From: Acidimicrobiia bacterium
GTDB lineage: Bacteria > Actinomycetota > Acidimicrobiia > IMCC26256 > DASPTH01
Length of the DNA: 64,000 nt
Direction of reading: 5' to 3'
Assembly: GCA_040880805.1 (NCBI GenBank)
Contig: JBBDHW010000027.1
Location: 28,737-92,736 of the forward strand
Positions within the stretch are counted from its first letter, which is position 1. Every line of letters starts with the position of its first letter. The translations under genes and the position numbers were made by a program. The notes beneath the pieces were generated by a model. It ran no database searches, was not told the origin of the DNA, and was given only the letters and a program-made list of their open reading frames with translations. Below are positions 28,544 through 37,940 of the stretch, piece by piece.

Positions 28544-29275
28544 GTGCCAAAGATCTACTTCGACGAACGGATAGCCGAGGGGTACGACGCGGCCTCAGCT
28601 GACATGTTCGAGCCTGCGGTCGTTGACGCGGCTGTGAGCTGTCTCGCCGATCTGGCGGGAGAAGGCGGCGCCCTCGAGCTGGGCATCGGCACCGGCCGTA
28701 TCGCGTTGCCGCTCAGCCAACGGGGTGTTCACGTGCACGGGATTGATCTGTCCCCGGCCATGGTCGCGCGGCTGCGGGCGAAGCCGGGCGCGGACGACAT
28801 CAGCGTAACGATCGGCGACTTCGCCACCACCAAGGTGGGCGGCACCTTCAGGCTCGCCTACCTCGTGTTCAACACGATCATGAACCTGACGACGCAGGAC
28901 GAACAGGTTGAGTGCTTCCGCAACGTCGCCGCGCATCTCGAACTCGGCGGGCGTTTCGTGATCGAGGTAGGGGTTCCTGCGCTCCAGCGGCTCCCGCCCG
29001 GCGAGACCGTCCGGGCGTTCACCGTGAGCCCGACGAGGCTCGGCTTCGACGAGTACGACATCGCAGCGCAAATCCTCTTCTCTCACCACTACTGGGTTGT
29101 CGACGGCCAACTCGAAGTCTTCTCGGCGCCGTATCGCTACGTATGGCCGTCGGAGCTCGACCTGATGGCGCGACTCGCCGGGATGACCTTGCGCGAGCGC
29201 TGGAGTGGCTGGAAGCGTGAGCCCTTCACGAGCGACAGCACGACACACGTTTCGGTCTGGGAGAAGACGGCGTAG
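28544..29275 (+). CDS. Class I SAM-dependent methyltransferase
   Basis: GTG 28544. Motif I 'ALELGIGTGRIALPLSQRGVHVHGIDLSPAMV'; 'LVFNTIMNLTTQDEQVECFRNVAAHLELGGRFVIE'. Confidence 0.8.
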   Translation: MPKIYFDERIAEGYDAASADMFEPAVVDAAVSCLADLAGEGGALELGIGTGRIALPLSQRGVHVHGIDLSPAMVARLRAKPGADDISVTIGDFATTKVGGTFRLAYLVFNTIMNLTTQDEQVECFRNVAAHLELGGRFVIEVGVPALQRLPPGETVRAFTVSPTRLGFDEYDIAAQILFSHHYWVVDGQLEVFSAPYRYVWPSELDLMARLAGMTLRERWSGWKREPFTSDSTTHVSVWEKTA

Positions 29276-29280
29276 CGGTT

Positions 29281-29508
29281 TTAGGTGGTGGCGTCGGAGT
29301 CGTCGAGGCGCGCGTCGTGCGGGCGGTCGGTATGGCGACCGGTCGTGCGCGTATCGGCGCGAACTCCGGCCACTTGCTGCGAGAGGGCGTCGCGGAACTC
29401 CGCGAACTCTCGCACGGTGGGCTCGATCTCGGCGGCATGGCGTCGAGATGCCAGTGCCGCGGCAATTGCCCCTACCCCGATGACGCCGACAACCACCCAT
29501 ACGGCCAT
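29281..29508 (-). CDS. Small single-TM hypothetical protein
   Basis: 75 aa with N-terminal TM 'VWVVVGVIGVGAIAAALA'. It lies 9 nt downstream of the zinc-ribbon gene. Confidence 0.4.
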   Translation of the reverse strand: MAVWVVVGVIGVGAIAAALASRRHAAEIEPTVREFAEFRDALSQQVAGVRADTRTTGRHTDRPHDARLDDSDATT

Positions 29509-29517
29509 GGGGGGATG

Positions 29518-29862
29518 CTACTCCGGGGTCGTTCGACGCACCAAGGCCACGAGCTCGTCGAACCAGCCCTCGTTGGCCAGTAGCACGTGCAGGTCGAGCA
29601 GGTCGTCGGGCGTGAGCGCCGGGCCGTCCGGTCGCTCGGCGAGCTCGGCGGGCCAACGCCAGAGCTCGTGCAATGCGCCGGCTGACACGAGGAGGTCGAC
29701 GATCCTCGCGCTGGCGGTCCGGTGCACGGTCTCGTCGCAAATCGGACACTGGAACCGGTAAGCACCCGGCGTGGACTCGTCGACACAGACGCGGACGGTC
29801 AGGTCGCCGATCTGGAGCTTCACGTCTCCGCACGCCGGGCATTGGGCTCGGACGGTCGTCAT
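29518..29862 (-). CDS. Small zinc-ribbon protein (CPxCG...CPxC), function unknown
   Basis: ATG 29862 is preceded by the RBS gggaggtggg. 'CPACGDVKLQ...YRFQCPICDETV'; 114 aa. Confidence 0.55.
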   Translation of the reverse strand: MTTVRAQCPACGDVKLQIGDLTVRVCVDESTPGAYRFQCPICDETVHRTASARIVDLLVSAGALHELWRWPAELAERPDGPALTPDDLLDLHVLLANEGWFDELVALVRRTTPE

Positions 29863-29877
29863 GCTGGCCCACCTCCC

Positions 29878-29919
29878 AGTCCTCTCGGCCAAGTCCTCTC
29901 GGCCAAGTCGTCTCGGAGC
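29878..29919. repeat. 14-bp tandem repeat x3 (AGTCCTCTCGGCCA, third unit degenerate)
   Basis: Read directly: agtcctctcggcca agtcctctcggcca agtcgtctcggagc. It lies immediately upstream of the RBS of the minus-strand zinc-ribbon gene, in a 178-bp divergent region. Confidence 0.9.
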
Positions 29920-30040
29920 ACTGCTGACAAAGGACTTCGGCATGCCGGGAAACGCACTTGAGGGAGACCCCGGTTCCGAAAGCGCCCCGGGAGTGACCGC
30001 GGCCACGAAGCGGCCACAGCGTTTGGGCAAGGATGGGCGC

Positions 30041-30736
30041 GTGCGGCCGATCACCTTTGCCCATCGAGGCGGACGTGCCGACGGCCCGGAGAACACGCTT
30101 CCGCTGTTCCGCCGCGCCCTCGCGCACGGCGCCACCGGTGTCGAGTCGGACGCCCGCCTCACCGCCGACGGCGAGGTCGTGCTGATCCACGATGCCGTCG
30201 CGCGCCACGGTCCTGTGGGGAGGAGGAGGCGAGTCGACCAGTCGACGGCCGCACAGCTGGGTGCCCTCGACGTGCCTCGCCTCGCCGACCTCTACGCGGA
30301 GCTCGGCACCGACTACGAGCTCTCGCTCGATCTCTACGACCCGGCCGCGCGTGTGCCGGTGCTGGAGGTCGCGAGCGCGGCCGACGCGGCGAATCGGCTG
30401 TGGGTCTGTGCGGGCGGGATCGACACGCTCGTGGAGCTCGGCACCCACACCACCGGCGCGCACCTCGTGCACTCGACCCGTCGGCAGCGCATCACTGGGT
30501 CGGTGGAGCGCCACGCGGCTCGTCTCGCGGAAGAGGGAATCGCTGCGTGCAACATGCACCACACCGACTGGACCGCGGGGTTGGTCCAGCTCTACCACCG
30601 ATTCGACGTGCTCACGTTCGCGTGGGACGTCCAAGAAGTCCGACACCTACGGGCGATCCTGGCGATGGGCATGGACGCGGTGTACTCCGACCACGTCGAC
30701 CGCATGGTGGCCACGGTCGCCGAATGGAGCGAGTGA
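30041..30736 (+). CDS. Glycerophosphodiester phosphodiesterase family protein
   Basis: GTG 30041. 'RPITFAHRGGRADGPENTLPLFRRALAHGATGVESDARLTADGEVVLIHD'. Confidence 0.8.
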   Translation: MRPITFAHRGGRADGPENTLPLFRRALAHGATGVESDARLTADGEVVLIHDAVARHGPVGRRRRVDQSTAAQLGALDVPRLADLYAELGTDYELSLDLYDPAARVPVLEVASAADAANRLWVCAGGIDTLVELGTHTTGAHLVHSTRRQRITGSVERHAARLAEEGIAACNMHHTDWTAGLVQLYHRFDVLTFAWDVQEVRHLRAILAMGMDAVYSDHVDRMVATVAEWSE

Positions 30737-30803
30737 CCGAACATGGGTCTCTCTCGGCGAACCGGGATACCCGCTTCGCAGCCGTTCGCTCCTCTGCGGG
30801 GAA

Positions 30804-31541
30804 CTACAGGAAACCGAGGCGGTTCAGAGGCCAGATACGCACGAAGACGCGGCCCACGATGCTCGAGCCCTTGATCGGACCGTGGTCGCGGGCGTCGGAT
30901 GACTCGTTCCGGTTGTCGCCCATCACGAAGTACTCGCCGGCGGGCACGGTGCATCCACCCTTGGGGCTGTTCGCCGCGCACCCGCGGATCGCCGCGTCGG
31001 GTTGGTTGCTGTTCGGGTCGACGGTGCCGTGGTACAGGTCCGTCGCGGTCTCCTTCGGCAGGTAGCCCTCCTTCAGGAGCCTGCCGTCGATGCAGAGCCG
31101 TCCCGTCTGGCATTCCGTGACGGTCTCACCCGGAAGCGCGATCACGCGCTTTACCAGATCGTCGATCCCGGCGCGCTGCCAGTCTTGGTTCGGTTCGGCT
31201 TCGAACACCACGATGTCGCCGCGGTTGACGTCGTGGAGGTCGTAGCTCAGCTTGTTGACGAGCACGCGGTCGCCGACCTCGAGCGTGGGGACCATCGAGC
31301 GTGACGGGATGTAGAAGGCCTGGAAGAGGAACTGCTTGATGACGAGCGCGATGAGGATCGCGGCGACGACGAGCACGACCCACTCGATGACCGTACGGTT
31401 GATGCCCTTCTTGACGCCACGAGCGACGGGTTCCTCGTGATCGTCACTGGGGGGTGGTGGGGCGCCGTCGCTGCCGTTCGCTCCGCCACCCGCCGTGCCC
31501 AAGAGCGATTCGGTACTCGTTTCCACCGCTTCGTCGGTCAC
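30804..31541 (-). CDS. lepB: Signal peptidase I
   Basis: GTG 31541. 'FYIPSRSMVPTLEVGDRVLVNK' (catalytic Ser box), 'KRVIALPGETV', 'YFVMGDNRNESSDAR'. Confidence 0.9.
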   Translation of the reverse strand: MTDEAVETSTESLLGTAGGGANGSDGAPPPPSDDHEEPVARGVKKGINRTVIEWVVLVVAAILIALVIKQFLFQAFYIPSRSMVPTLEVGDRVLVNKLSYDLHDVNRGDIVVFEAEPNQDWQRAGIDDLVKRVIALPGETVTECQTGRLCIDGRLLKEGYLPKETATDLYHGTVDPNSNQPDAAIRGCAANSPKGGCTVPAGEYFVMGDNRNESSDARDHGPIKGSSIVGRVFVRIWPLNRLGFL

Positions 31542-31594
31542 GGGCGCTGCTCCACTCCCCCATCCTCGCACGCCGGTGCACTCATTCCCGACGC

Positions 31595-31682
31595 GGGAGC
31601 CGCGCGTCCGCGGCGCAGGTACCCTGCGCCGCAGCGAGGCGGGGCCCGAGCGGCCCGGCGCCGCAGGCGCCGAGAGCGGGAA
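31595..31682 (+). repeat. Three-hairpin GC-rich intergenic repeat, copy A (full length)
   Basis: H1 GCGGCGCAGG-tac-CCTGCGCCGC (31610-31632). H2 GGGCC-cgagc-GGCCC (31642-31656). H3 GGCGCC-gca-GGCGCC (31657-31671). Tail gagagcgggaag. It lies between the pafC 3' end and the lepB start, antisense to both. Confidence 0.85.
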
Positions 31683-31717
31683 GCGGGAGCCGTGGGCACC
31701 TGAACCTCGTCTTACAC

Positions 31718-32653
31718 TTACCGGTAGCGAGTGAGGATGCGCGCGGCAGCTTTGGGTGCGATGCCGGCGGCGTCCTCCGGTCCGACGACGGTGGCGTCGG
31801 GGCCGAGCGAGAGCAGGAGCCGCTCGAGCCAGGCCGGTTCGCTCACCGCGAGCACGACCTGCCAGGAGCCGTCCGTGAGCTGAACGGCTGCCTCGTGGGG
31901 GTAGCTCTCCACCACCCACTCGGCGCTGGGCGCGAGCCGCAGCGTGACTCTCAGGTCGTCAGGCCGCGGTCGGTAGACGAGGTCGGCCATGTCGGCACCG
32001 CGGTCAACCGCATCGAAGTGCTCACCGGTGGAGCGGACGGCGCGCACACGATCGACCCGGAACAGCCGCTCGGCCGACGCGCGGTGGCACCAGGCCGCGA
32101 GGTACCACGCGCCGAACGCGTGGAACACGCGCCACGGGTCGACCACGCGCGTCGTCATCTCGTCGCGTGCGAACGAGTAGTAGTGGAGCTCGACTTGCTC
32201 CGATGCCGCGGCCGCGTTCTGCAGTTCTTCGAGGTGATCGCTCCCTCCGACGTCGACGGCGAGGCGGCCGCGGGCGTCGAGCGCATCCTCGAGCTTGTCG
32301 AGCGCAGTCGCCAGCGGCCCGCCCTCGTCGGATCCCGGGACCGACAGCAACGCGCGGCCGGCCGCGAGGAGCGCGAGGCCTTCGGCCGGCGTGAGGCGCA
32401 GCGGTCGCTCGAAGTACTCCGCGAGGCGGATCTCCACCGCGCCGTCGACGACCCACACGTCGATCAGCCGGTCGGCCGTGTACGGCGGGAGCCCACAGAG
32501 CGGCAGGAGCGCCAGATCGCGCTCGAGCTCGTCCTCCGACACTTCAAAGCGTTCGGCGAGCTCGGCGATCGTGACACCCGGGTGCGCGAGCACGTAGGGC
32601 ACGAGCGCGAGCACGCGCCGCAGCCGCGGCCCGACGAGCGGGCGTGGGCTCAC
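31718..32653 (-). CDS. pafC: Proteasome accessory factor C (HTH/WYL regulator)
   Basis: GTG 32653 overlaps the pafB stop (GTGA). 'LRRVLALVPYVLAHPGVTIAELAERFEVSEDELERDLALLPLCGLPPY'. Confidence 0.85.
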   Translation of the reverse strand: MSPRPLVGPRLRRVLALVPYVLAHPGVTIAELAERFEVSEDELERDLALLPLCGLPPYTADRLIDVWVVDGAVEIRLAEYFERPLRLTPAEGLALLAAGRALLSVPGSDEGGPLATALDKLEDALDARGRLAVDVGGSDHLEELQNAAAASEQVELHYYSFARDEMTTRVVDPWRVFHAFGAWYLAAWCHRASAERLFRVDRVRAVRSTGEHFDAVDRGADMADLVYRPRPDDLRVTLRLAPSAEWVVESYPHEAAVQLTDGSWQVVLAVSEPAWLERLLLSLGPDATVVGPEDAAGIAPKAAARILTRYR

Positions 32654-33597
32654 GATGTCCCTCGCTGCGCGACTGCTTGTAGCCACGCGACCAGATCGTC
32701 GCGGAGCTCGTGGGGACCGAGAACTTCGGCGTGATCGAGGAGATCGAGCACCCACGAACGGAACGCGGCGCGGTTGACGACCGGCAGCGCGACCTCCGCC
32801 GCGCCGTCGTCGCGCCGCTCGACAACCGACTCCTCGCCGAGCTGCTCGACGACCCACCCCGCGCGTGACGCGTCGACGAGGACCCGCGCCTCGACCGGGC
32901 GGTCCTCGCCGTACGTGAGCGGGTCGTCGCGTACGAACCGGGCGGGGTCGATGCCGGGTGGCGGCTCGAACGATCCGGGCGAACCGACCTCGGGATCGGC
33001 GTCGATCCGGTCGATGCGGAACGCGCGCGGCGCGTCGCGTTCGAGGTCGTGGCCGACGACGTACCAGTGGCCCCAACGCAGCACGACGCCGTACGGTTCG
33101 AGACTCCGGTTCTCACCCCGGTACTCGAACGTGATCGCGGCGCGGCGGCTCACCGCGTCGAAGAGCGCCGCCACGGCCGGCGTGACGGCCACCTCGGCCA
33201 TCGCCTCGTCGACGCCCTTTCCTGCGAGCCCGCCGAGCTTGGCGAGACCCTCGCGGCCATACCCGCCTTCGAGCCGCACCGCGCTCACCGCCAGATGCAG
33301 CGCGGCAAGCTCGGCATCGGTGAGCGAGAGCTCGGGCAGGTAGTAGTCCTTCGGGTTGATCCGGTAGGCCTGCTCGGCGCCGATGCCGTCGACCGCCTCC
33401 ACGCTGATGGGAACACCGAGCTCGCGCAGCGTCTCCTTGTCGCGCTCGAACTGGCGACGGCGTGAGCCCTTCTCTTTGGGGTACCGCGGCTCGACGCGCT
33501 CCGCGAGCTCGTCGAGCGTGAGGGGGCGGCGGGTGTCGAGCAGCGTGGCCGTGAGGTTGACCAGCCGCTCGAGCCGATCAGCCATCGAGCCGGTCAA
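32650..33597 (-). CDS. pafB: Proteasome accessory factor B (HTH/WYL regulator)
   Basis: 'ADRLERLVNLTATLLDTRRPLTLDELAERV...RRQFERDKETLRELGVPI'. Paired with pafC downstream of pafA. Confidence 0.85.
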   Translation of the reverse strand: MTGSMADRLERLVNLTATLLDTRRPLTLDELAERVEPRYPKEKGSRRRQFERDKETLRELGVPISVEAVDGIGAEQAYRINPKDYYLPELSLTDAELAALHLAVSAVRLEGGYGREGLAKLGGLAGKGVDEAMAEVAVTPAVAALFDAVSRRAAITFEYRGENRSLEPYGVVLRWGHWYVVGHDLERDAPRAFRIDRIDADPEVGSPGSFEPPPGIDPARFVRDDPLTYGEDRPVEARVLVDASRAGWVVEQLGEESVVERRDDGAAEVALPVVNRAAFRSWVLDLLDHAEVLGPHELRDDLVAWLQAVAQRGTS

Positions 33598-34661
33598 CCA
33601 TCGACGTGCGACGCGGCCAACGCGCCGGCCGCCGCGGCGGCCTGGAACAGCGCGGGGTCTTCATCGGCCGAGCGCCCCATCGATTGCACGTGGAGGTCGT
33701 GCTTGGCGAGCAGTTCCAGCGCGTCGGGCGCGTCGACTTCAACGAGCTCGTGCTTCCCGGAGATGCCCGCGGCGTCGAGGTCGGCCCAGAGGCGGACCGA
33801 CTGCTCGGGTTCCTCGAGGTTCGGCACCGCGACCAGCACGCACTCCCGAGTGGCGACCCGGAGCGCGGTCGCGCTGTGATGGGACAATCCGTAGTGACGC
33901 GGGCGCTCGTCGGCGAACGACACGCGCAGGCATGCGATCGGAACACCGCCGAGCGCGTGCGCGGCGTCGAGGATGGTGCCAACCTCCATGCCACTGAACC
34001 CGAGCCGGGTGTTGGTACCGACGATGCCGGGCCCCATGGCCACCACCACCGCGTCGGCCTCGGCGACGTGTCGCGCCACCGCGAGCGCGGAGTAGACCGA
34101 GACAGCCTCGTAGTCGCCGCCGAACGCGTGGCCGCACGTGATGGTCGTGTCGACGAGCCCCCGCTCGCACAGCGTGGCGACGAGGTCTGACAGCGCGAGC
34201 GGCAAGCCGGCGCCGTCGGTCATCACGTACGCGAGCCGCGCGCCGGGCAGGCGCTCCTTGAACGCGGCCGCGACCGCCGGGACCTGGCTGTGCAGCGCAG
34301 CCGCGACCACCGGCATGCCGTCGATCGACTCCACCTCGGCGAGCGACTCGAGGTGCTCCTCGGCGCTGCCCACGTCGCTCTGGATGCTCGTGTAGCGGCC
34401 CTTGATGATGTGGCCGGGGCCGCGCTCGTGCCACTCGTCGCGTGCGAGGTTCCAGTGCACGACGTGCCATCCGCCGGTGCCGAGCCCGAGCTCGACCGCG
34501 GTGGTGTTCACGACGACGCGGTCGCCCACCGAGACCGGGCCCGTGAGCTGCGGGAGTGCGTACGCGCGCTCGGGGCCGTCTCCGAGATCGACTTCGACAC
34601 GCTGAAGACCGGGGCGCTCCTCGAGCAGTCGCACGACGTTGCCGGTTCGAAACGACGGCAT
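33594..34661 (-). CDS. DUF3866-family protein
   Basis: 355 aa. 'VGDRVVVNTTAVELGLGTGGWHVVHWNL' matches my recollection of the DUF3866 signature. Its stop overlaps the pafB start (ATGA). Confidence 0.65.
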   Translation of the reverse strand: MPSFRTGNVVRLLEERPGLQRVEVDLGDGPERAYALPQLTGPVSVGDRVVVNTTAVELGLGTGGWHVVHWNLARDEWHERGPGHIIKGRYTSIQSDVGSAEEHLESLAEVESIDGMPVVAAALHSQVPAVAAAFKERLPGARLAYVMTDGAGLPLALSDLVATLCERGLVDTTITCGHAFGGDYEAVSVYSALAVARHVAEADAVVVAMGPGIVGTNTRLGFSGMEVGTILDAAHALGGVPIACLRVSFADERPRHYGLSHHSATALRVATRECVLVAVPNLEEPEQSVRLWADLDAAGISGKHELVEVDAPDALELLAKHDLHVQSMGRSADEDPALFQAAAAAGALAASHVDG

Positions 34662-34718
34662 CCTATTTCCTGGTCGCGCTCGCTGCGGCGCAGGGTACCG
34701 GCGCCGCGGTCGCTCGCC
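34662..34718 (-). repeat. GC-rich intergenic repeat, copy C (truncated: hairpin 1 module only)
   Basis: Minus-strand reading: GCGGCGCCGG-tac-CCTGCGCCGC agcgagcgcgaccaggaaatagg ATG (the DUF3866 start). One mismatch in the stem. It lies between the pafA stop and the DUF3866 start. Confidence 0.75.
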
Positions 34719-34769
34719 GCTCCTGCGAGCTTCCTTCGTTCGCTCCGCTCACTCCGGTCGCCGCCTCGC

Positions 34770-36128
34770 TTAGAGGCTGGCGATCAGGCGCTCGACGCGG
34801 TCGTCGCGCGACTTGAACGGGTCCTTGCACAGCACGGTGCGTTGCGCCTGGTCGTTCAGCTTGAGGTGCACCCAGTCGACGGTGAAGTCGCGCTTGCGCT
34901 CCTTGGCCCGCTTGATGAACGCGCCCCGCAGCCGCGCGCGCGTGGTCTGCGGCGGCGTGATCATCGCTTCGTCGATGTCTTCGTCGGTGGCAGTGCGTTC
35001 GACGAGACCGCGCCGCTGGAGCAGGTAGAAGAGCGAACGCGAACGTGTGACATCGTGATACGCGAGGTCGAGCAGCGCGACGCGCGGGTGCGTGAGTGGG
35101 AGGTCGTGCTTCTCGCGGTAGGCCTCGATCATGTGGTACTTGATCACCCAGTCGACCTCGGACGAGAGCTTCAGCGGGTCGTTCTCGAGGTGGGTCATCA
35201 CGTGCTCCCACATCGCGAGGGCCTGCTCCTCGAGCGGTGACACACCACGCCGCTTCGCGAACTGGAGCGCGCGCGACAGGTATTCGGCCTGCATTTCGAC
35301 GGCCGAGAGCTCACGACCGTTCGCGAGGCGCACGCGGCGCCGGCACGTGACGTCGTGGCTGATCTCGCGGATGGCGCGGATCGGGTTCTCGAGCGTGAGG
35401 TCGCGCCAGGGGCGCGAGTCCTCTTCGAGCATGCGCAGCACGATCGCCGTGGCGCCGACCTTGAGGAAGGTGGTGTACTCGCTCATGTTCGAGTCGCCGA
35501 CGATCACGTGCAGGCGCCGAAACCGCTCGGCATCGGCGTGCGGCTCGTCGCGCGTGTTGATGATCGGGCGCGAGCGTGTGGTGGCACTCGACACCCCCTC
35601 CCAGATGTGCTCTGCGCGCTGGCTGACGCAGTACATCGCGCCGCGCGCGGTCTGCAGCACCTTGCCCGCGCCGGCGTACACCTGACGGGTGACGAGGAAC
35701 GGGATCAGCACGTCGGTGAACTTCGTGAAGTCGCCGTCGCGCTCGACCAGGTAGTTCTCGTGGCAGCCGTACGAGTTGCCCGCGGAGTCGGTGTTGTTCT
35801 TGAAGAGATAGACCTCGCCGCGGATGCCTTCCTCGCGCAGCCGTTGCTCGGCACTCCGAACGAGACCTTCGAGATATCGCTCTCCCGCCTTGTCGTGCAC
35901 GACGAGGTCGGCGATGGAATCGCACTCGGGGGTCGCGTACTCGGGGTGGCTGCCGACGTCGAGGTAGAGACGGGCGCCGTTCTCGAGGAAGACGTTGCTC
36001 GACCGGCCCCACGACACGACCCGGCGGAACAGGTAGCGGGCCACTTCGTCGGGGCTCAGGCGGCGCTGACCGCGCAGCGTGCACGTGACCCCGTACTCGT
36101 TCTCGAGTCCGAAGATCCGGCGTTCCAC
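34770..36128 (-). CDS. pafA: Pup--protein ligase PafA
   Basis: '[14 protein letters not shown]...[22 protein letters not shown]', 452 aa. Confidence 0.95.
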   Translation of the reverse strand: MERRIFGLENEYGVTCTLRGQRRLSPDEVARYLFRRVVSWGRSSNVFLENGARLYLDVGSHPEYATPECDSIADLVVHDKAGERYLEGLVRSAEQRLREEGIRGEVYLFKNNTDSAGNSYGCHENYLVERDGDFTKFTDVLIPFLVTRQVYAGAGKVLQTARGAMYCVSQRAEHIWEGVSSATTRSRPIINTRDEPHADAERFRRLHVIVGDSNMSEYTTFLKVGATAIVLRMLEEDSRPWRDLTLENPIRAIREISHDVTCRRRVRLANGRELSAVEMQAEYLSRALQFAKRRGVSPLEEQALAMWEHVMTHLENDPLKLSSEVDWVIKYHMIEAYREKHDLPLTHPRVALLDLAYHDVTRSRSLFYLLQRRGLVERTATDEDIDEAMITPPQTTRARLRGAFIKRAKERKRDFTVDWVHLKLNDQAQRTVLCKDPFKSRDDRVERLIASL

Positions 36129-36169
36129 AGGCCCACGCTACTGCGGAGCCGGACGGAGCCGGTACCGCA

Positions 36170-36751
36170 TCAGCTGTCGGTGAGGAACGAGCAGGCGGGC
36201 TCCGCGTTGAACGCGTCATCGAGTTCGCCGCCCTTGTCGAGGGTGTCGATGTCGCTGATGTCCTCGCCGGCCTTGGCGAGGTCACTGTCGACCTCGGCGG
36301 AGACCGTCTTCACCTTGGCGCGGAACTTCTTCGGATCGGTCGACGCCTTCGCCACCGCGTCCTTCGCGTCGCTGAATGCCTCCGCCGTGTCACCGATGGC
36401 CGTGGCAATCGTGGTCGAGATCTTGGAGCCGTTCGCCACGGCGGGTGCCCCGAGGTCCTTCACCGCCTTGCTCGTACTCGTCGATTTCTTGCTCGCGGCC
36501 GCGAGCGCGTCGACGATCTTCTTCTGGGCGGACTTGGCCTTCGAGGAGCTGCTGACCCCGTTCTCGATCACGTTGTCGACCAGGTCGTGCGCTTTCAAGG
36601 CCGTGGTCTGCCAGTCCTCGACGGCGTTGCAGAAGCCCTCGGCCCACTCGTCGACGTCGACGGTCTTGGCGCTCGCCATCGGCGCCGACGCGACCATCAA
36701 CCCGACGGAAGCGACCAGTGCGGCGATGGCGATCCCGGCATGCCGGCGCAT
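36170..36751 (-). CDS. Secreted hypothetical protein (signal peptide; Ala/Ser/Lys-rich)
   Basis: 'MRRHAGIAIAALVASVGLMVASAPMASAKT' is a signal peptide. RBS gggaggg lies 5 nt before ATG 36751. A conserved Cys pair sits near the two ends. Confidence 0.55.
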   Translation of the reverse strand: MRRHAGIAIAALVASVGLMVASAPMASAKTVDVDEWAEGFCNAVEDWQTTALKAHDLVDNVIENGVSSSSKAKSAQKKIVDALAAASKKSTSTSKAVKDLGAPAVANGSKISTTIATAIGDTAEAFSDAKDAVAKASTDPKKFRAKVKTVSAEVDSDLAKAGEDISDIDTLDKGGELDDAFNAEPACSFLTDS

Positions 36752-36810
36752 CCTGCCCTCCCAGCTCGGCAACGAAGGTGAGCGTAACTCCCTGGCGTCC
36801 TACGATCGTA

Positions 36811-36890
36811 GCGAGCGTCCGCGACGCAGGTACGCTGCGCCGCAGCGAGCGGGGCCGAGCGGCCCGGCGCCCGAGGCGCCAAGAGCGGAG
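36811..36890 (+). repeat. Three-hairpin GC-rich intergenic repeat, copy B
   Basis: GCGACGCAGG-tac-GCTGCGCCGC (imperfect), GGGCC-gagc-GGCCC, GGCGCC-cga-GGCGCC, tail aagagcggag. The tail directly abuts ATG 36891/36896 of the downstream + strand gene. Confidence 0.85.
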
Positions 36891-36895
36891 ATGGG

Positions 36896-37261
36896 ATGCC
36901 GGCGGGAAGGCTGACTCAGGTCACGTCGGTCAACGGCGCGTTCGGGGCGCGGGTACTCAAGGCGCGACTCGAATCGTGCGGGATCGATGCCCGCCTCACC
37001 GGCGCGCTCGACGGGGTCTACGGATTCACCGTGGGTGACATGGCCCGGGTCGACGTGTACGTCCCCGAGGAACAACTCGACGACGCGCGCTACATCCTGC
37101 TCGCCGGCGAGGTCGACGCCGCGCTCGCGGCGCCGAGCGAGTGGTGGGACTCAGGGGTCGAACCGCGGCGCCGGGCGCGCTGGCCGTGGTGGGTCGCGGT
37201 GGCGCTGCTGATGATGGTGGTGCTCGGCCCGCTGCTCGGCCTGTACGTCAGGAACTGGTAG
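36896..37261 (+). CDS. DUF2007-like small protein with a C-terminal TM segment
   Basis: 'GARVLKARLESCGIDARLTG....VDVYVPEEQLDDARYIL' (DUF2007-like fold pattern), then TM 'WWVAVALLMMVVLGPLLGLYV'. It converges on prcA with a 14-nt overlap. Confidence 0.5.
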   Translation: MPAGRLTQVTSVNGAFGARVLKARLESCGIDARLTGALDGVYGFTVGDMARVDVYVPEEQLDDARYILLAGEVDAALAAPSEWWDSGVEPRRRARWPWWVAVALLMMVVLGPLLGLYVRNW

Positions 37262-37940
37262 TCGCGGCGAGGATCTCCGCGAGCTCGGGGCCTTCGATTC
37301 TCCTGAACGCGCGGCGCGGCCGCGAGCGGTCGAGGATCGCGACCTCGAGCTGCGCGGGGCCGAGCGAACCGTCGGGACCGGCGAGCAGCTCCACGCAGAG
37401 GCGGATCGCCGCGTCGGCCTCCATGCCCTGCTCGAAGCGCGTGCCGAGCCCCTCGGAGAGCGTCTCCGCGCGCCCGCCGAGCACGGTGCAGCCCTCTTCG
37501 TCCATGACGGTGCCGTCGTAGGTGATGTGGTACAGCTTGTCGTCGGTGGGTGTGACGCCGACCTCGGCGAGCAGGATCTCCACCTCGTACGGCTTCATCT
37601 CGTGCGTGAACACCTGTCCGAGTGTTTGCCCGTACGCGTTGGCGAGTGAGCGCGCGTTCACGTCTTCGCGGGAGAATTGGTATCCCTTCAGGTCGGCCTG
37701 CCGCACACCCCCGACCCGCAGCATCTCGAACTCGTTGTACTTGCCGACGCCACCGAACGCGATGCGGTCGTAAATCTCGCTGATCTTGTAGAGCGTGCGG
37801 AACTGATTCTCGGTGACGATGACGATGCCCTCGGCCGCGCTGCACGCGATGAGGTCACGCCCGCGCGCGATGTTCTTGCGCGCGTAATCCGCGCGGTCCT
37901 TCATCAGCTGTTCCGGCGGCACGTAGAACGGCATGCTCAC
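37248..37940 (-). CDS. prcA: Proteasome alpha subunit
   Basis: 'PFYVPPEQLMKDRADYARKNIARGRDLIA...YKISEIYDRIAFGGVGKYNEFE'. The start (GTG 37940 or ATG 37934) overlaps or abuts the prcB stop. Confidence 0.95.
   Translation of the reverse strand: MSMPFYVPPEQLMKDRADYARKNIARGRDLIACSAAEGIVIVTENQFRTLYKISEIYDRIAFGGVGKYNEFEMLRVGGVRQADLKGYQFSREDVNARSLANAYGQTLGQVFTHEMKPYEVEILLAEVGVTPTDDKLYHITYDGTVMDEEGCTVLGGRAETLSEGLGTRFEQGMEADAAIRLCVELLAGPDGSLGPAQLEVAILDRSRPRRAFRRIEGPELAEILAATTSS

Noticed and set aside
36139-36165. Possible sixth, degenerate copy of the hairpin repeat (ggagccggacggagccggtaccgc) between the pafA start and the secreted-protein gene end
   Set aside because: It shares only the gagccg and GGTACC fragments. 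No stem can be drawn and hairpins 2 and 3 are absent, so it was not counted as a copy.
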